49,322 bases of DNA, from positions 1 to 49,322 of IMG/VR virus record IMGVR_UViG_3300025673_000002; one strand, 5' to 3'. This DNA is from a virus (taxonomy: Duplodnaviria; Caudoviricetes). A model generated the notes under the pieces. That model worked only from the letters and a program-made list of their open reading frames with translations. It had not been told where the DNA came from and did no database searches. This document shows positions 24,914 to 36,000 of the stretch, piece by piece (the stretch's first letter is position 1; every line of letters starts with the position of its first letter). The position numbers and the translations under genes are program-made.

Positions 24914-26083
24914 ATGCCATGGAATAATATGCCATGTGGAATTGATTTAGATTTCAATGCATTAAAAGATAAAATAGCAGAGTTAAAAAATTCTGCTATG
25001 GAACAGGTGAACGAAACTGTTGCTGCAGCAAAAGCAGCGGCATTAGCAGCGGCAAAAGAATTTGAAGAGAAACTGAGGTCAATGATCCCAGAAATGCCGG
25101 AACTTCCTGATATGCCGGGCGATTCAATGTTACCAGAGCTAATGATTTTAGTTGGAAGAATAGAAGAAATAATGGCGAATCCTACTGCTGAAGGTCTTAA
25201 ATTATTAGCTCAACTTAAAACTGATTTTAAAAATAAATATGGTGACGCAATTTCGAAGGCAGGGGCAGACTTAGATGAGTTAATTGATGGTATTATGGAT
25301 GGGATTGACCCGTGTTCATTGGTTCCCAATATAGTAACAAATGCCGCTGGTAAAATTGTAGAAGAAGTTAAAGATCCGTTATATGCCAAAACCGATGCTC
25401 TTGCAGAAACTTTATCTGTTGAAACCCCTGCGATGAAGGCATTGAAAGGACAAATATCAACATCACTAGAGGATACAGAAGTTAATAGAGATTTAGCTAA
25501 GAATCTTGTTGAAGAATCACTAAAAGAAACTGATGTTAAAGACGAAATTTCTAATCTCAATGTTAAAGGAGACGTGGATGATTTCTATGAGTCAAATGTT
25601 GATTTTACAGTTAAAGATAATGAAATAACAGAATCTCTAAGAAAAACGACACCCTCAGCAGAGAAATTGAAACTTGAGGTAAAACGTGGTAAAGAAGTTA
25701 TAACAGAAACTAAGAGTGTTTATAAAAAATATACATTTAGGATATATCACCGCGATAAAGTCAATACGCGTCATTACGATATTTCATTACATGAGACTGT
25801 CCTTAATTATACCTCAAGTTTTGATTTCTTATCAGCTAAATATCACGATATGTCAACGGTACGCCACCTGATGGTAGATTCTTCGTACTCGGGGAACATT
25901 AAAACTTATGATCTTAATGCTCATATAAAAGAAATTGAGTCAAAATATAAAGTAAAACTTCATTCTGTTAAACAAAGCTATACATATGTTGATGGCGAAA
26001 GAGTGATCACACCTGTAACATATCAAGATGGTGATGTTGAAGCCTTCGAGGATATGAGGGTTCATAAATTTATATATTTATAG
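24914..26083 (+). CDS. hypothetical protein (helical N-terminus), late operon
   Basis: SD AGGAG; Ala-rich coiled coil; directly after gp5. Confidence 0.65.
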   Translation: MPWNNMPCGIDLDFNALKDKIAELKNSAMEQVNETVAAAKAAALAAAKEFEEKLRSMIPEMPELPDMPGDSMLPELMILVGRIEEIMANPTAEGLKLLAQLKTDFKNKYGDAISKAGADLDELIDGIMDGIDPCSLVPNIVTNAAGKIVEEVKDPLYAKTDALAETLSVETPAMKALKGQISTSLEDTEVNRDLAKNLVEESLKETDVKDEISNLNVKGDVDDFYESNVDFTVKDNEITESLRKTTPSAEKLKLEVKRGKEVITETKSVYKKYTFRIYHRDKVNTRHYDISLHETVLNYTSSFDFLSAKYHDMSTVRHLMVDSSYSGNIKTYDLNAHIKEIESKYKVKLHSVKQSYTYVDGERVITPVTYQDGDVEAFEDMRVHKFIYL

Positions 26084-26092
26084 GTGCAAATT

Positions 26093-26482
26093 ATGTATAA
26101 TTATCAGATTGAAGTTACAAGAGTTATAGATGGGGATACAGTTGATTGTATAATAGATCTTGGATTTAAAATATCAACTAAATATAGAATTCGTCTTGCT
26201 GGTATTGATACACCAGAAACGAGAACAACAAACGCAGAAGAAAAAATATATGGATTTGAAGCTAAGACCCGGCTTCAAGAATTATTATCTCAGGGTACAA
26301 TAATACTGAAATCCCACGGTCTAGGTAAATTCGGTAGAGTTCTTGGAACCTTATATGTCGGAGATGTGGATATTAATCAAAGACTCATTGATGAAGGATT
26401 TGCTATTCAATATCAAGGGGGTTCTAGAATGACTACATCAGAATTACTAAATCAGTTGAATGAAGTTCGGAAATCATTATAA
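26093..26482 (+). CDS. thermonuclease (SNase-like)
   Basis: RVIDGDTV, RIRLAGIDTPE, GKFGRVLG, INQRLIDEGFA. Confidence 0.9.
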   Translation: MYNYQIEVTRVIDGDTVDCIIDLGFKISTKYRIRLAGIDTPETRTTNAEEKIYGFEAKTRLQELLSQGTIILKSHGLGKFGRVLGTLYVGDVDINQRLIDEGFAIQYQGGSRMTTSELLNQLNEVRKSL

Positions 26483-26485
26483 ATA
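26478..26485 (+). promoter_or_regulatory. T4 late promoter
   Basis: TATAAATA upstream of gp25. Confidence 0.75.
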
Positions 26486-26512
26486 ATCTTATAATAATAT
26501 AACAGAATAAAA

Positions 26513-26974
26513 ATGGCAATTCAAACATCAGACTGGCCCACAGCACATATTGACGCTCAGGGCACCAATATGTCTTCTAAAACGAATAAGATTTGGAAAG
26601 ATATTAATCTTAAATTCGATAATCATCCTGAAACTCACGATCTTACGCGAGTATTTGATGTTGAGTCTATTAAAAGATCAGTAAAAAATCTAATTTTAAC
26701 TGACTATGGTGAAAGACCTTTCCAACCGTGGATTGGTTCCAATATAAGGGGTTTATTATTTGAGCAAATGGACAATCAAGCTATTTCCGAGCTTCGAAGT
26801 CAGATTATGATGCTCCTAGAAAATTTCGAACCCAGAGTAGTATTAACTTCTCTGGAGATTAACGATATATCTGATGATGATAATAGATTGAAGGTTACAT
26901 TATATTTCACGTTAATTAATTCACCATCAGGGGAAATTTATACTCTTGATACTTTCCTTGATAGGATAAAATAA
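26513..26974 (+). CDS. gp25: baseplate wedge subunit
   Basis: IKRSVKNLILT..GERPFQP.IGS, FEPRV. Confidence 0.95.
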   Translation: MAIQTSDWPTAHIDAQGTNMSSKTNKIWKDINLKFDNHPETHDLTRVFDVESIKRSVKNLILTDYGERPFQPWIGSNIRGLLFEQMDNQAISELRSQIMMLLENFEPRVVLTSLEINDISDDDNRLKVTLYFTLINSPSGEIYTLDTFLDRIK

Positions 26975-28795
26975 ATGGCTACATCAACTACAGAACAAGA
27001 TTTTTTCGAAATAAAGGAAAATTTAAAAACTTATCTTCGAGGACAAACAGAATTTGCAGATTATGATTTTGAAGGGTCTGCAATGTCAACTCTCCTCGAT
27101 GTTCTTGCATTTAATACACACTATGCTGCTATGACGGCAAATATGTCTGTCAATGAAATGTTTTTGGATACTGCGCAATTAAGATCTAATGTTGTTTCCC
27201 ATGCAAGAACCCTAGGGTATACACCACAATCACCGAAAACTTCTAAAGCTTTGGTGTCAATGTCTGGCTCCTATACACCATCAGCACCATTAACAATCCC
27301 ACGTGGAAGTATTTTTAATGCAGGAGGACAAAAGTTTATAACCGTTGAAGATCATATTTCGAGTTCTGATTTGTTCGGAGCAATAAATTTTGATTCAATA
27401 AAACTTTACGAAGGTAAACTATTAACTAAAACTTTCATTGTATCTAATGCGAATCAGAAATATACAATCCCCAACAAATCTTGTGATATTTCTTCATTAA
27501 GAGTTACGGTTAAGTCTGATAGCACAGCTACAGATTTAGTGTCATATACACTAGGGAATACCTTGATAAATGTTGGTAATACATCGAAAGTTTATTTCCT
27601 CGAGGAGTCAGATGACGAGAAATATTCTATATATTTCGGCGATAATCTTATAGGTAAAAAGTTAGATGCGGGTAATGTTGTAGTAATAGAATATATTAAA
27701 ACAATTGGGATTGAGGGTAATTCTTTAAATAATTTTAGTTTTGATTCTACTATACCTGAATTTAAAAATCCCCGGGTTACTACTATTTCACCTTCCTCTG
27801 GCGGTGCTGGTATAGAAAGCATAGATTCAATAAAAATTAATGCACCATTCAATTTCTCGGCTCAGAATAGAGCTGTTACAATTTCTGATTATAGGGTTAT
27901 ACTCGAAAAAATATATCCCAATTCTGATACAATATCCGTCTGGGGAGGAGAAGATAATATACCACCGGAATACGGTAAAGTTTTCATATGTATCAAACCC
28001 GAAAACGGAGAATACCTTTCATCCCTTGATAAAAATCAATTAAAATCAGATTTAGTTAAATATAAGGTCTCCGGAATTAATGTCGATGTCGTTGATGCAG
28101 AATATCTCTACATTGATTTAACTGTGGATTTTGATTATAATTCACTATTAACAACAAAATCTATCGTAGAATTAAAAACTGGTATCCAGGATATTATAGA
28201 TATTTACAATAGGGATATACTAACGGAGTTCGGAGGTATTCATAGAAATTCAAATTTGACTACTATGATAGATTCATCTGATAATTCTATTATGTCTTCG
28301 AGGATTAAGCACAGAGTTTATAAAACCGCGATAACATATGTAAACACATCCGGGAGTTATAATTTTTCATTCGGAAATAAAATATCAAATTATCATATTG
28401 ATACCTCCAAATCTACGATAGGTATGGTTTTTTCAAATAAGTTTACTATCACAGGATCTACCGATATTCATCATTTTAAAGATGATGGTAAAGGTAATAT
28501 TATATTATATAAAACAGACGGAATTACGGAGTCTATTGTTAATCCTAGTTTGAATCACGGGAGTGTTAATTATGATACGGGTGAAATAATTATCGAGGCT
28601 ATCTCAATCTCTGGATTTTCCATCTCAGGGGAAACGCTTCTGAAAATTACAGCAACCCTTGATAATTTAGATATCAATCCATTACGAAATAATATACTCA
28701 AAATAACATCGTCTGTTATTTCCGGCACAGAGGATAATTCCCTTCTCAGTCCAACTAATCATTCTTCATATGCAACAGCTGGCCGTAGATTATAA
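26975..28795 (+). CDS. gp6: baseplate wedge subunit
   Basis: DYDFEGSAMSTLLDVLAFNTHY, EMFLDTAQLR, QNRAVT..DY, WGGEDN.PP.YGKV. Confidence 0.96.
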   Translation: MATSTTEQDFFEIKENLKTYLRGQTEFADYDFEGSAMSTLLDVLAFNTHYAAMTANMSVNEMFLDTAQLRSNVVSHARTLGYTPQSPKTSKALVSMSGSYTPSAPLTIPRGSIFNAGGQKFITVEDHISSSDLFGAINFDSIKLYEGKLLTKTFIVSNANQKYTIPNKSCDISSLRVTVKSDSTATDLVSYTLGNTLINVGNTSKVYFLEESDDEKYSIYFGDNLIGKKLDAGNVVVIEYIKTIGIEGNSLNNFSFDSTIPEFKNPRVTTISPSSGGAGIESIDSIKINAPFNFSAQNRAVTISDYRVILEKIYPNSDTISVWGGEDNIPPEYGKVFICIKPENGEYLSSLDKNQLKSDLVKYKVSGINVDVVDAEYLYIDLTVDFDYNSLLTTKSIVELKTGIQDIIDIYNRDILTEFGGIHRNSNLTTMIDSSDNSIMSSRIKHRVYKTAITYVNTSGSYNFSFGNKISNYHIDTSKSTIGMVFSNKFTITGSTDIHHFKDDGKGNIILYKTDGITESIVNPSLNHGSVNYDTGEIIIEAISISGFSISGETLLKITATLDNLDINPLRNNILKITSSVISGTEDNSLLSPTNHSSYATAGRRL

Positions 28796-31095
28796 TGAAG
28801 ATATTTGATAAAATAGAAAATATGTTTCCGAGATATATCTCGGAAGAATACCCGATATTTACAAATTTTATAAAGGAGTATTATAAATTTTTAGATTCTG
28901 GTATTATAACATATCAGATTAAAACCTCGAGACTTCCATATGAAATTGGAGATGTTATACAAGGATTGAGTTCTGGAACTACTGCTACCATATATTCTAT
29001 TTCCGAGGATAAATTATTTGTTTCATCTGAAACCGGGTTTATAGAGTCTGAAAATTTCGAAATTCTTGACGATCCTCTTAAACACGTTTCTGCATTATTA
29101 TCATATGCACCAGGAACTGCACAAGTTACTGATAAGTTATTAGAATATAGAAATATAGATTCTACTCCTCATAATAATATTCAAAAGTTCTTTCGTGAAT
29201 TTATGGCTATTATACCCTATAATTTAACAGAGGGAATAGATAAAAGAAAACTTTTAAAAGAAATCTCGGATTTATATAGGGTCAAGGGTACAGAGGCTTC
29301 TATTAAAATATTATTTCGTATATTATCTAATTCGGAAGCTAATGTATATTACCCCTCTGTCGATATTCTTAAAGTTTCGGATGGGAAACCGACTTCCGAA
29401 ACCGGATTAAAGTGTAAGATAACAACAAATCTTGAAACTTTTTCAGAATCAGATATAGGAAATGTTGTTGGTCGTGAAGCAAAACATGCTAATTCATCGG
29501 GTATAGTTGAGAGAGTTATTAAACTCGGCAACGATGTTTATGAAATTATATTAATAGAAAATTCGATTCGTGGGACTTTTGAGAATGCTCCGGTCGATCC
29601 GAGATACGAAAATCTCGGCCAATTTATAATTATTACTGGCGTTGATGGAAGCCTATATCAATTTGAATTATTGAATGTATTATCGAATAAAGATGTAAAG
29701 ATAGATTTCAATAATTCAAATTGGGCAACGAATAATCTATATTCTGAGATAGATCCTATTACTATCAAAGTACCAGATCAGGAAGAGGCATATTTTCCTA
29801 ATCAGACTGATATAGGTTTCTTGGGTTTCGAAACTATGCACGTTGCTTCGATTTACAAAAGGGCAGATTTTCTTCCGACCGAATGGGATTTACTACTCGA
29901 GGATAATACGGGTCAACTCCTTACTGAGGGAGTATATTACCCCGATTATATTCAGAACGAAGAATATTCGGTTGAAACGATCTGGCCGATTAATCCAGTA
30001 ACATATAATCAGATTACAGGAACTTGGAATCCCGGCACTGCTGGTTTTGGTAATGGCTGGCATTCTACCCCCGAAGAAGCAAACTCAGATTCAATCGGAA
30101 ATCATCTATATAGAATTCAAATCTGTATGGGTGATGTAATCATAGGAGGTAATGGTTTATATCCTATTGCCCCGATCTCTCCAGCAGATCCAGATTGGGG
30201 TGTCGTGAATCCGATATTCCGAGGAGATCCACATCTTATAGGGTATGGCGGTAAAGCCAAAATATCAACGATAACCTCGGGTATTGTTACATCAATTAAT
30301 TCTATTACTTCTGGTGGGACTTTATATGCGAAGGGTGATATTATAACTATATCTTCTGACCCTTTAGGTAACGAATCAACAGAAGTAGCACCTGCGAAAG
30401 CTATTGTAAAGTCTGTTGATTCGTCAGGGGTTATTACTGATATCGAACTAATATATGGTGGCCAGGGATTTCAAAAATTCCCGGATTTAGTCATCGGTGG
30501 TTCAAATAGAGATGATAATAATGCAGTCGACTTAATATTAGGACATACAGATCTCTCAACTGATTCAATCGGATGTATCTCCGAGATAACTATTACCGAT
30601 ACTGGTCGAGATTATTCAGTTGTTAACAAACCTACGATTTCAATACATAATACAGCCAAATCGGTCTCGAGTAATATAGATTCAATTCTAGTACCCCCTG
30701 CTAAAATTATCGGGAAATTATTTAATACAGAATCTATACATCTAAATACTGATGGATTTATTTCGGAAGCAAGAAAAAAAATTAGGGATGGTTATTATTA
30801 CCAAGAATATTCTTACGTAGTAAGAACTAAATCACCAATACAAAAGTGGTCTAACATTTTAAAGGCTTCTATTCATCCTGCGGGGTTAATATTTTTTGGC
30901 GAATTTAATATCAGTTCGATGTTTAATGTCTCAGCAAAATCTCTAGGAACTACTATAACAAAGGCTTCTATTTTCGCAGGTGGTCCGAACGATTATGGTT
31001 CTATAACTCCGGACGACCCAGTATTATATAATCTCGTATATGGTGATATCACTGTTCCAAACACAACGGGATATGATTATTCCGACTTAACTTAA
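28795..31095 (+). CDS. gp7: baseplate wedge initiator (gp7-like)
   Basis: Between gp6 and gp8; YP.F..FIKEYY, KGTEASIKILFR, DGYYYQEYSY, HPAG. Confidence 0.75.
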   Translation: MKIFDKIENMFPRYISEEYPIFTNFIKEYYKFLDSGIITYQIKTSRLPYEIGDVIQGLSSGTTATIYSISEDKLFVSSETGFIESENFEILDDPLKHVSALLSYAPGTAQVTDKLLEYRNIDSTPHNNIQKFFREFMAIIPYNLTEGIDKRKLLKEISDLYRVKGTEASIKILFRILSNSEANVYYPSVDILKVSDGKPTSETGLKCKITTNLETFSESDIGNVVGREAKHANSSGIVERVIKLGNDVYEIILIENSIRGTFENAPVDPRYENLGQFIIITGVDGSLYQFELLNVLSNKDVKIDFNNSNWATNNLYSEIDPITIKVPDQEEAYFPNQTDIGFLGFETMHVASIYKRADFLPTEWDLLLEDNTGQLLTEGVYYPDYIQNEEYSVETIWPINPVTYNQITGTWNPGTAGFGNGWHSTPEEANSDSIGNHLYRIQICMGDVIIGGNGLYPIAPISPADPDWGVVNPIFRGDPHLIGYGGKAKISTITSGIVTSINSITSGGTLYAKGDIITISSDPLGNESTEVAPAKAIVKSVDSSGVITDIELIYGGQGFQKFPDLVIGGSNRDDNNAVDLILGHTDLSTDSIGCISEITITDTGRDYSVVNKPTISIHNTAKSVSSNIDSILVPPAKIIGKLFNTESIHLNTDGFISEARKKIRDGYYYQEYSYVVRTKSPIQKWSNILKASIHPAGLIFFGEFNISSMFNVSAKSLGTTITKASIFAGGPNDYGSITPDDPVLYNLVYGDITVPNTTGYDYSDLT

Positions 31096-31107
31096 CAGAG
31101 TATACAT

Positions 31108-32481
31108 ATGTCTCAAGACTTAATAACAAATAAATTTAGATATTTCAATTTAACCAACTTAAATAGAGATATAGCATCTACATCAGAAAATGATAGATTT
31201 TATTTATTTATAGGGAACCCTAATATTTCGGATGACTCCTCACCGATTACTCCCCTCGAATTGGTACATTCCGACCCAGCTACACATAGAAATATGGTCT
31301 CGATGAAATACATAGATCCCCAAACAGGATTTTCGCCTGTAGTCGAAAGAAGACTTTGGGTAAATGGTGTTGTATATGACGAATACAATAATAACGGGGA
31401 TTTATCAAACGCCAATTTTTATATGATTGCTTCATCATCAGATTCTGGTTCATCTGGGGGAAGGGTTTATATCTGTCTTGATAATAATTCTGGATCCGAA
31501 TCAACAGTTGTCCCAACTCATGAGTCTGGTTCTGCGAAAGGTTCTGATAATTATCTATGGGAGTGGATATATACAATACCTACGGATAATAAGTTTGATG
31601 AATATAATGGTGATTACATGCCAGTTATAAATGGCATAACCCCCTCGAATTCAAAGACAATAAAAGCAATAATCAATGACGGGGGATCTGGATACGCAAA
31701 TAATCTACACACTTGCCCAATCGTCGGTGATGGATCAATCGATGGACAAGCATATGTTACTGTACAAAACGGTACAATTACAAATGTTGAAGTGGTGCCA
31801 GGATCAGAGGGGGTAGGGTTTACCTTTGCAAATATTGATCTTCGAAATGCGTATGTGTCAGTAGATCAATTTGAAGGAAATGCGGCAGATATCGATATAG
31901 TAATAAGTCCGAGAGATGGTTTCGGTTTTGACAATATATCTCTTCTTTCGACAAAATTGCTCATGATATACGCGGAGTTAATCGAAGGTGAAGGAGGGAA
32001 TTTTCCTATAATTTCCTCGGATGATGTACAATTTTCATATGGTCAAATTGGGGTAATAAAAAATCCTCTCCAAGCAGGATCATCTTCTCTCTTAAACACT
32101 GCTTCAGTTAAGTGTCTGACTGAGTTAACTCTCGATACATTATCCTCTAATTGGGATCCAAAAGCTGGAGATGAGATATTAGGACTCACTTCGGGTGGAA
32201 CGGGGGTAGTAGTTTATTGGGACGGTACTTCTGTTCTTGGTATACACCAAACCAATGAAGTCGATAAGGGACTTGATGTAAACCTGAAGTTAACCCCATT
32301 CGTGAATAATGAACAAATAAAAATTCTCGAAGAAACTGGAACAATCACGGGTTCTGGTGTCTCTGAACCAGGATATGAAATTTATTCTGGTGATATATTA
32401 TATGTAATGAATACTGACAATATTACCAGAGCTGATCAGCAAAAAGAAATAATAAAACTTGTCATAGATTTTAATTGTTGA
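31108..32481 (+). CDS. gp8: baseplate wedge subunit
   Basis: YLFIG, WVNGVVYDEY, VYICLDN, YLWEWIYTI, SGDILY..N..ITR..QKE.IKLVI. Confidence 0.85.
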   Translation: MSQDLITNKFRYFNLTNLNRDIASTSENDRFYLFIGNPNISDDSSPITPLELVHSDPATHRNMVSMKYIDPQTGFSPVVERRLWVNGVVYDEYNNNGDLSNANFYMIASSSDSGSSGGRVYICLDNNSGSESTVVPTHESGSAKGSDNYLWEWIYTIPTDNKFDEYNGDYMPVINGITPSNSKTIKAIINDGGSGYANNLHTCPIVGDGSIDGQAYVTVQNGTITNVEVVPGSEGVGFTFANIDLRNAYVSVDQFEGNAADIDIVISPRDGFGFDNISLLSTKLLMIYAELIEGEGGNFPIISSDDVQFSYGQIGVIKNPLQAGSSSLLNTASVKCLTELTLDTLSSNWDPKAGDEILGLTSGGTGVVVYWDGTSVLGIHQTNEVDKGLDVNLKLTPFVNNEQIKILEETGTITGSGVSEPGYEIYSGDILYVMNTDNITRADQQKEIIKLVIDFNC

Positions 32482-33059
32482 TGAATAAACTTATAGATTA
32501 TGTTGGAATATACAAAAATTGTTTAGATTCAGATCTCTGTGATAATTTAATTGGTATTGCTGATTCTGGGAAATATTTAATTACAGATCAGGGAGTTACT
32601 GATACTGGGATCAACAAGTCTATTAGAATGGGAAAGGAGGTTCTTCTAACTCATTCTGATCATACAGAAATAAGAGATAATTTAATATCGGCATCTATAT
32701 CTATCCTTGAAAAATATCAAGCACAAACAAAACATGCATCACAATACATAAAAGAAAACTTTGATACATATAAACTAGAAAATTTCAGGGTGCGAAAATA
32801 TCCCGTAGAATCTGGATTTTTTAAAGCACATTCTGATGTAACAGATTACAAAAGTGCTTCTAGATTATTAGTTGTACTATTATATTTAAATGATGTTGTT
32901 GAGGGCGGAGAAACCGAATTTCCTTCTCTTGGGATTAAAATTAAACCCTCTAGGGGTCTCGGTATTGTATTCCCACCCACTTTTTTATTTCCACATCAAG
33001 CTAATATACCAATCTCGAATTCGAAGTATACAGCACAAACGTATCTTCATTATAAATAA
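32481..33059 (+). CDS. 2OG-Fe(II) oxygenase (prolyl-4-hydroxylase-like)
   Basis: HSD, LYLNDVVEGGETEF, FPPTFLFPH, KY. Confidence 0.9.
   Translation: MNKLIDYVGIYKNCLDSDLCDNLIGIADSGKYLITDQGVTDTGINKSIRMGKEVLLTHSDHTEIRDNLISASISILEKYQAQTKHASQYIKENFDTYKLENFRVRKYPVESGFFKAHSDVTDYKSASRLLVVLLYLNDVVEGGETEFPSLGIKIKPSRGLGIVFPPTFLFPHQANIPISNSKYTAQTYLHYK
33051..33058 (+). promoter_or_regulatory. T4 late promoter
   Basis: TATAAATA upstream of the 2061-aa gene. Confidence 0.75.
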
Positions 33060-33091
33060 TATATATTACAAAACGCTAACGGACAATACTT

Positions 33092-36000
33092 ATGAGTTTC
33101 CAAACTAATTTAAACGTAAATCCTTACTACGACGATTATAAAGAGCATTCTGTTGAAAATCCAGAATACTATCAAGTATTGTTTCGTCCCGGATTTGCTG
33201 TACAGGCAAGGGAGCTTACAACCTTGCAAACTATACTCTCTAAACAAATTGAAAGATTTGGGAGACATATGTTTCAGGAGGGATCTTTAGTTATTCCCGG
33301 AAATGTTTCATATAATCCTAAATTAGATTATATAACTATGGATGCGTCACTACTTGAGAAAGGTGATCAATTAATTGAAACAGGGACGGGTGTTGAAGCT
33401 GTAGTTATCTCTATTGTAGGATCTCAGGATTTTGCGGTAACCGGTAATGCTGATACAGTATATTTAAAATATACAAAAACTGCTACCTCCGGTGCAAAAA
33501 CATTTGCAACTGGTGTAAATAATATAACTTTTATCCCCGAAGGCGGTGCAACCGTCACGGGGGGCGTTTTTTCGGTTGGGCCCGGAAATGATCCAAAATC
33601 TCTAGTTGGTGTTGTAGATGGTGTTTATTTTATACGTGGACATTTTGTTAAGTGTTCAGAACACCAATTAATAATAGATCAGAATTTCACCGGCACAGTA
33701 GGATTTAATGTTATAGAAACTCTTGTAACACCAGAATCTGCTATTCCCGGATCTGAGATTACAGATAACGCAACTGGTTCTTCCAATTATGGTTCGAAGG
33801 GTGCACACAGATTATCAATCGAATTATCATTGGCAGTTAAGTTGCCTGCTGATACAACAGAAAATTTTATTGAACTTATAACATTAAAAAACGGTATACT
33901 TCAAACTAAAATATCGGAATCTAAATATTCATTTCTTGGTGATGCTCTTGCAAAAAGAACATATGACGAATCTGGAAATTATACTGTAGATGAATTTTCA
34001 ATTGAAGTTAATGAACATCTCGATAATGGTTCTAATCTTGGAACATATCTACAATCAGATGGTGGAGATAAAGATAAAGCAGTAATAAAAATTGGTCCAG
34101 GAAAAGCTTATATTGAAGGATATAAATTAGCAAAAAATTCCCCTACCATAATTGATGTTGAGAAAGCTAATATACCCACCACTATTCTTGATGTTGGTAT
34201 ACACGGAGGTGGCGGTGATTATTTCGAAGTTAAATCTATCTGTTTTGAAAATCCCCTTACACAAACAGGGGGATTGAATTTAGATAAATTTGGTATGGTT
34301 AGACTCTATAATAAAGAGATCGGAGATGCTTTTGGATTTGGGGTTGGTTCTAGCGCCCATTATAACGGCACTCCTATAGGTATAGGAAGATTGAGGGGAG
34401 TAGATGGAACTGCTGGAGATAGAACTAAAGTACATCTCACTGATATACAAATGGACACTCATATTAAAGTCGATGTTACCGGTAACAATAGCGATCACCT
34501 GACACTGGCACCACTTCTAACAGGTCAAAAGATTATCGGTAAAAGTTCTGGCGCATATGGTTATATTTGGACTACTGTCTGGGGTTCCGACAGCGGAATC
34601 ACCTATGAGAAATTTCAGATTCTAGACATAACAGGGGAATTCGTCCTTGGTGAGAGTGTTACATTTTCCAATATAGATCGCATATCTGCGATTAACAGTT
34701 TGGATCCAGACAGTATCGACAATGCCACTATCTACTCCATTAACAAAGAATCTCCTTCATCTGTTAAAATGGTGGAATTTCTCATAGGTGGTAACTCTAC
34801 GGCTGATATCGCTCTTGATGACGAAAAGGTTTTATCTGGCACACTTACTTTAGAAACTAACATCTCAGGGGCTGCTACTAACCAAGCGATTTCAAATAAT
34901 GAAACATACATTAAAGGTACGGGAACGAAATTTATAACTGAACTTAGACCGTGGGATATTATTTATTCTGCAGGGATCCGTCATAGAATTAGAGAAGTTA
35001 TTTCTGATACCCAACTTACCCTTCAGTCCACTCGACTCCAGGGTGGTAATCCAGTAGATACCCACGAATATACTACTGATTATGAGGCTTTTGCTGGAAT
35101 TAATGTACCAGCAACACGGGTTCGAGGTAAATTATTTAATAACGGAGATGAGTCCCTAATATATAAACTCCCAAAATCTAATATATCTAATACCGGTTCT
35201 CAATATATAGCTACACACAAAAGGTTTATCACCTCTGATAATGCCGGTACGGGACAGGTAACTTTTACGGATGCCTCGATAGGATCCATGAATTATAATT
35301 GGGATAACTCTAATTTTACTTTATTCAAAAAGCGTATTACCAATAACGAGACAATCCCAGGGTCCATCGATTCGTGGGTTACAGTACCTACGAGTGAAGA
35401 TTTGTGGTTCACCCCTACAATTTCTGGAGATGTAGCCACATTCTCGCATAGTAGTATAAGCGGTGGTGATATATTCCTACTCCATATAGCAGAGACTGCA
35501 AGTCAAGGTGCCAACGTAAGAGGAACTATGGAGGAAAGATTTAATGAAAAAATAATTATTGGTGAGACTCAGCACCCACATATTCATTACGGCAGGGATT
35601 ATAGAGATGATAGGATAGCATTAATTAAAGAAGATAATAGCGAACAATACTCCAGGGTATTTAAAATAAAAGCTATTTACCAGTACAATAAGAATCTTCC
35701 TGAAGCGGATGTACAACCTAAAATAACTATGGATACCACATTCTCTGTAGGATCAGGGGATATAATTTCTTGTGTTTTATCAGGAGCTATTGGCACGGTT
35801 ACGGGCGAAGTCATCAATGGATCATACCTTAATTATCATCCTACCAAGGGAACATTCGCGACAGGGGATGCTGTAAGAATACTTAAAATCTCTGATGGTA
35901 CACTCTCTAATCACAATATCACAGGAGTTGTTCTTCCCGCCGATGGGGTTGATGTTATTGATGTTACAGATTCCTATCTTCTAGATACAGGACAAAGAAG

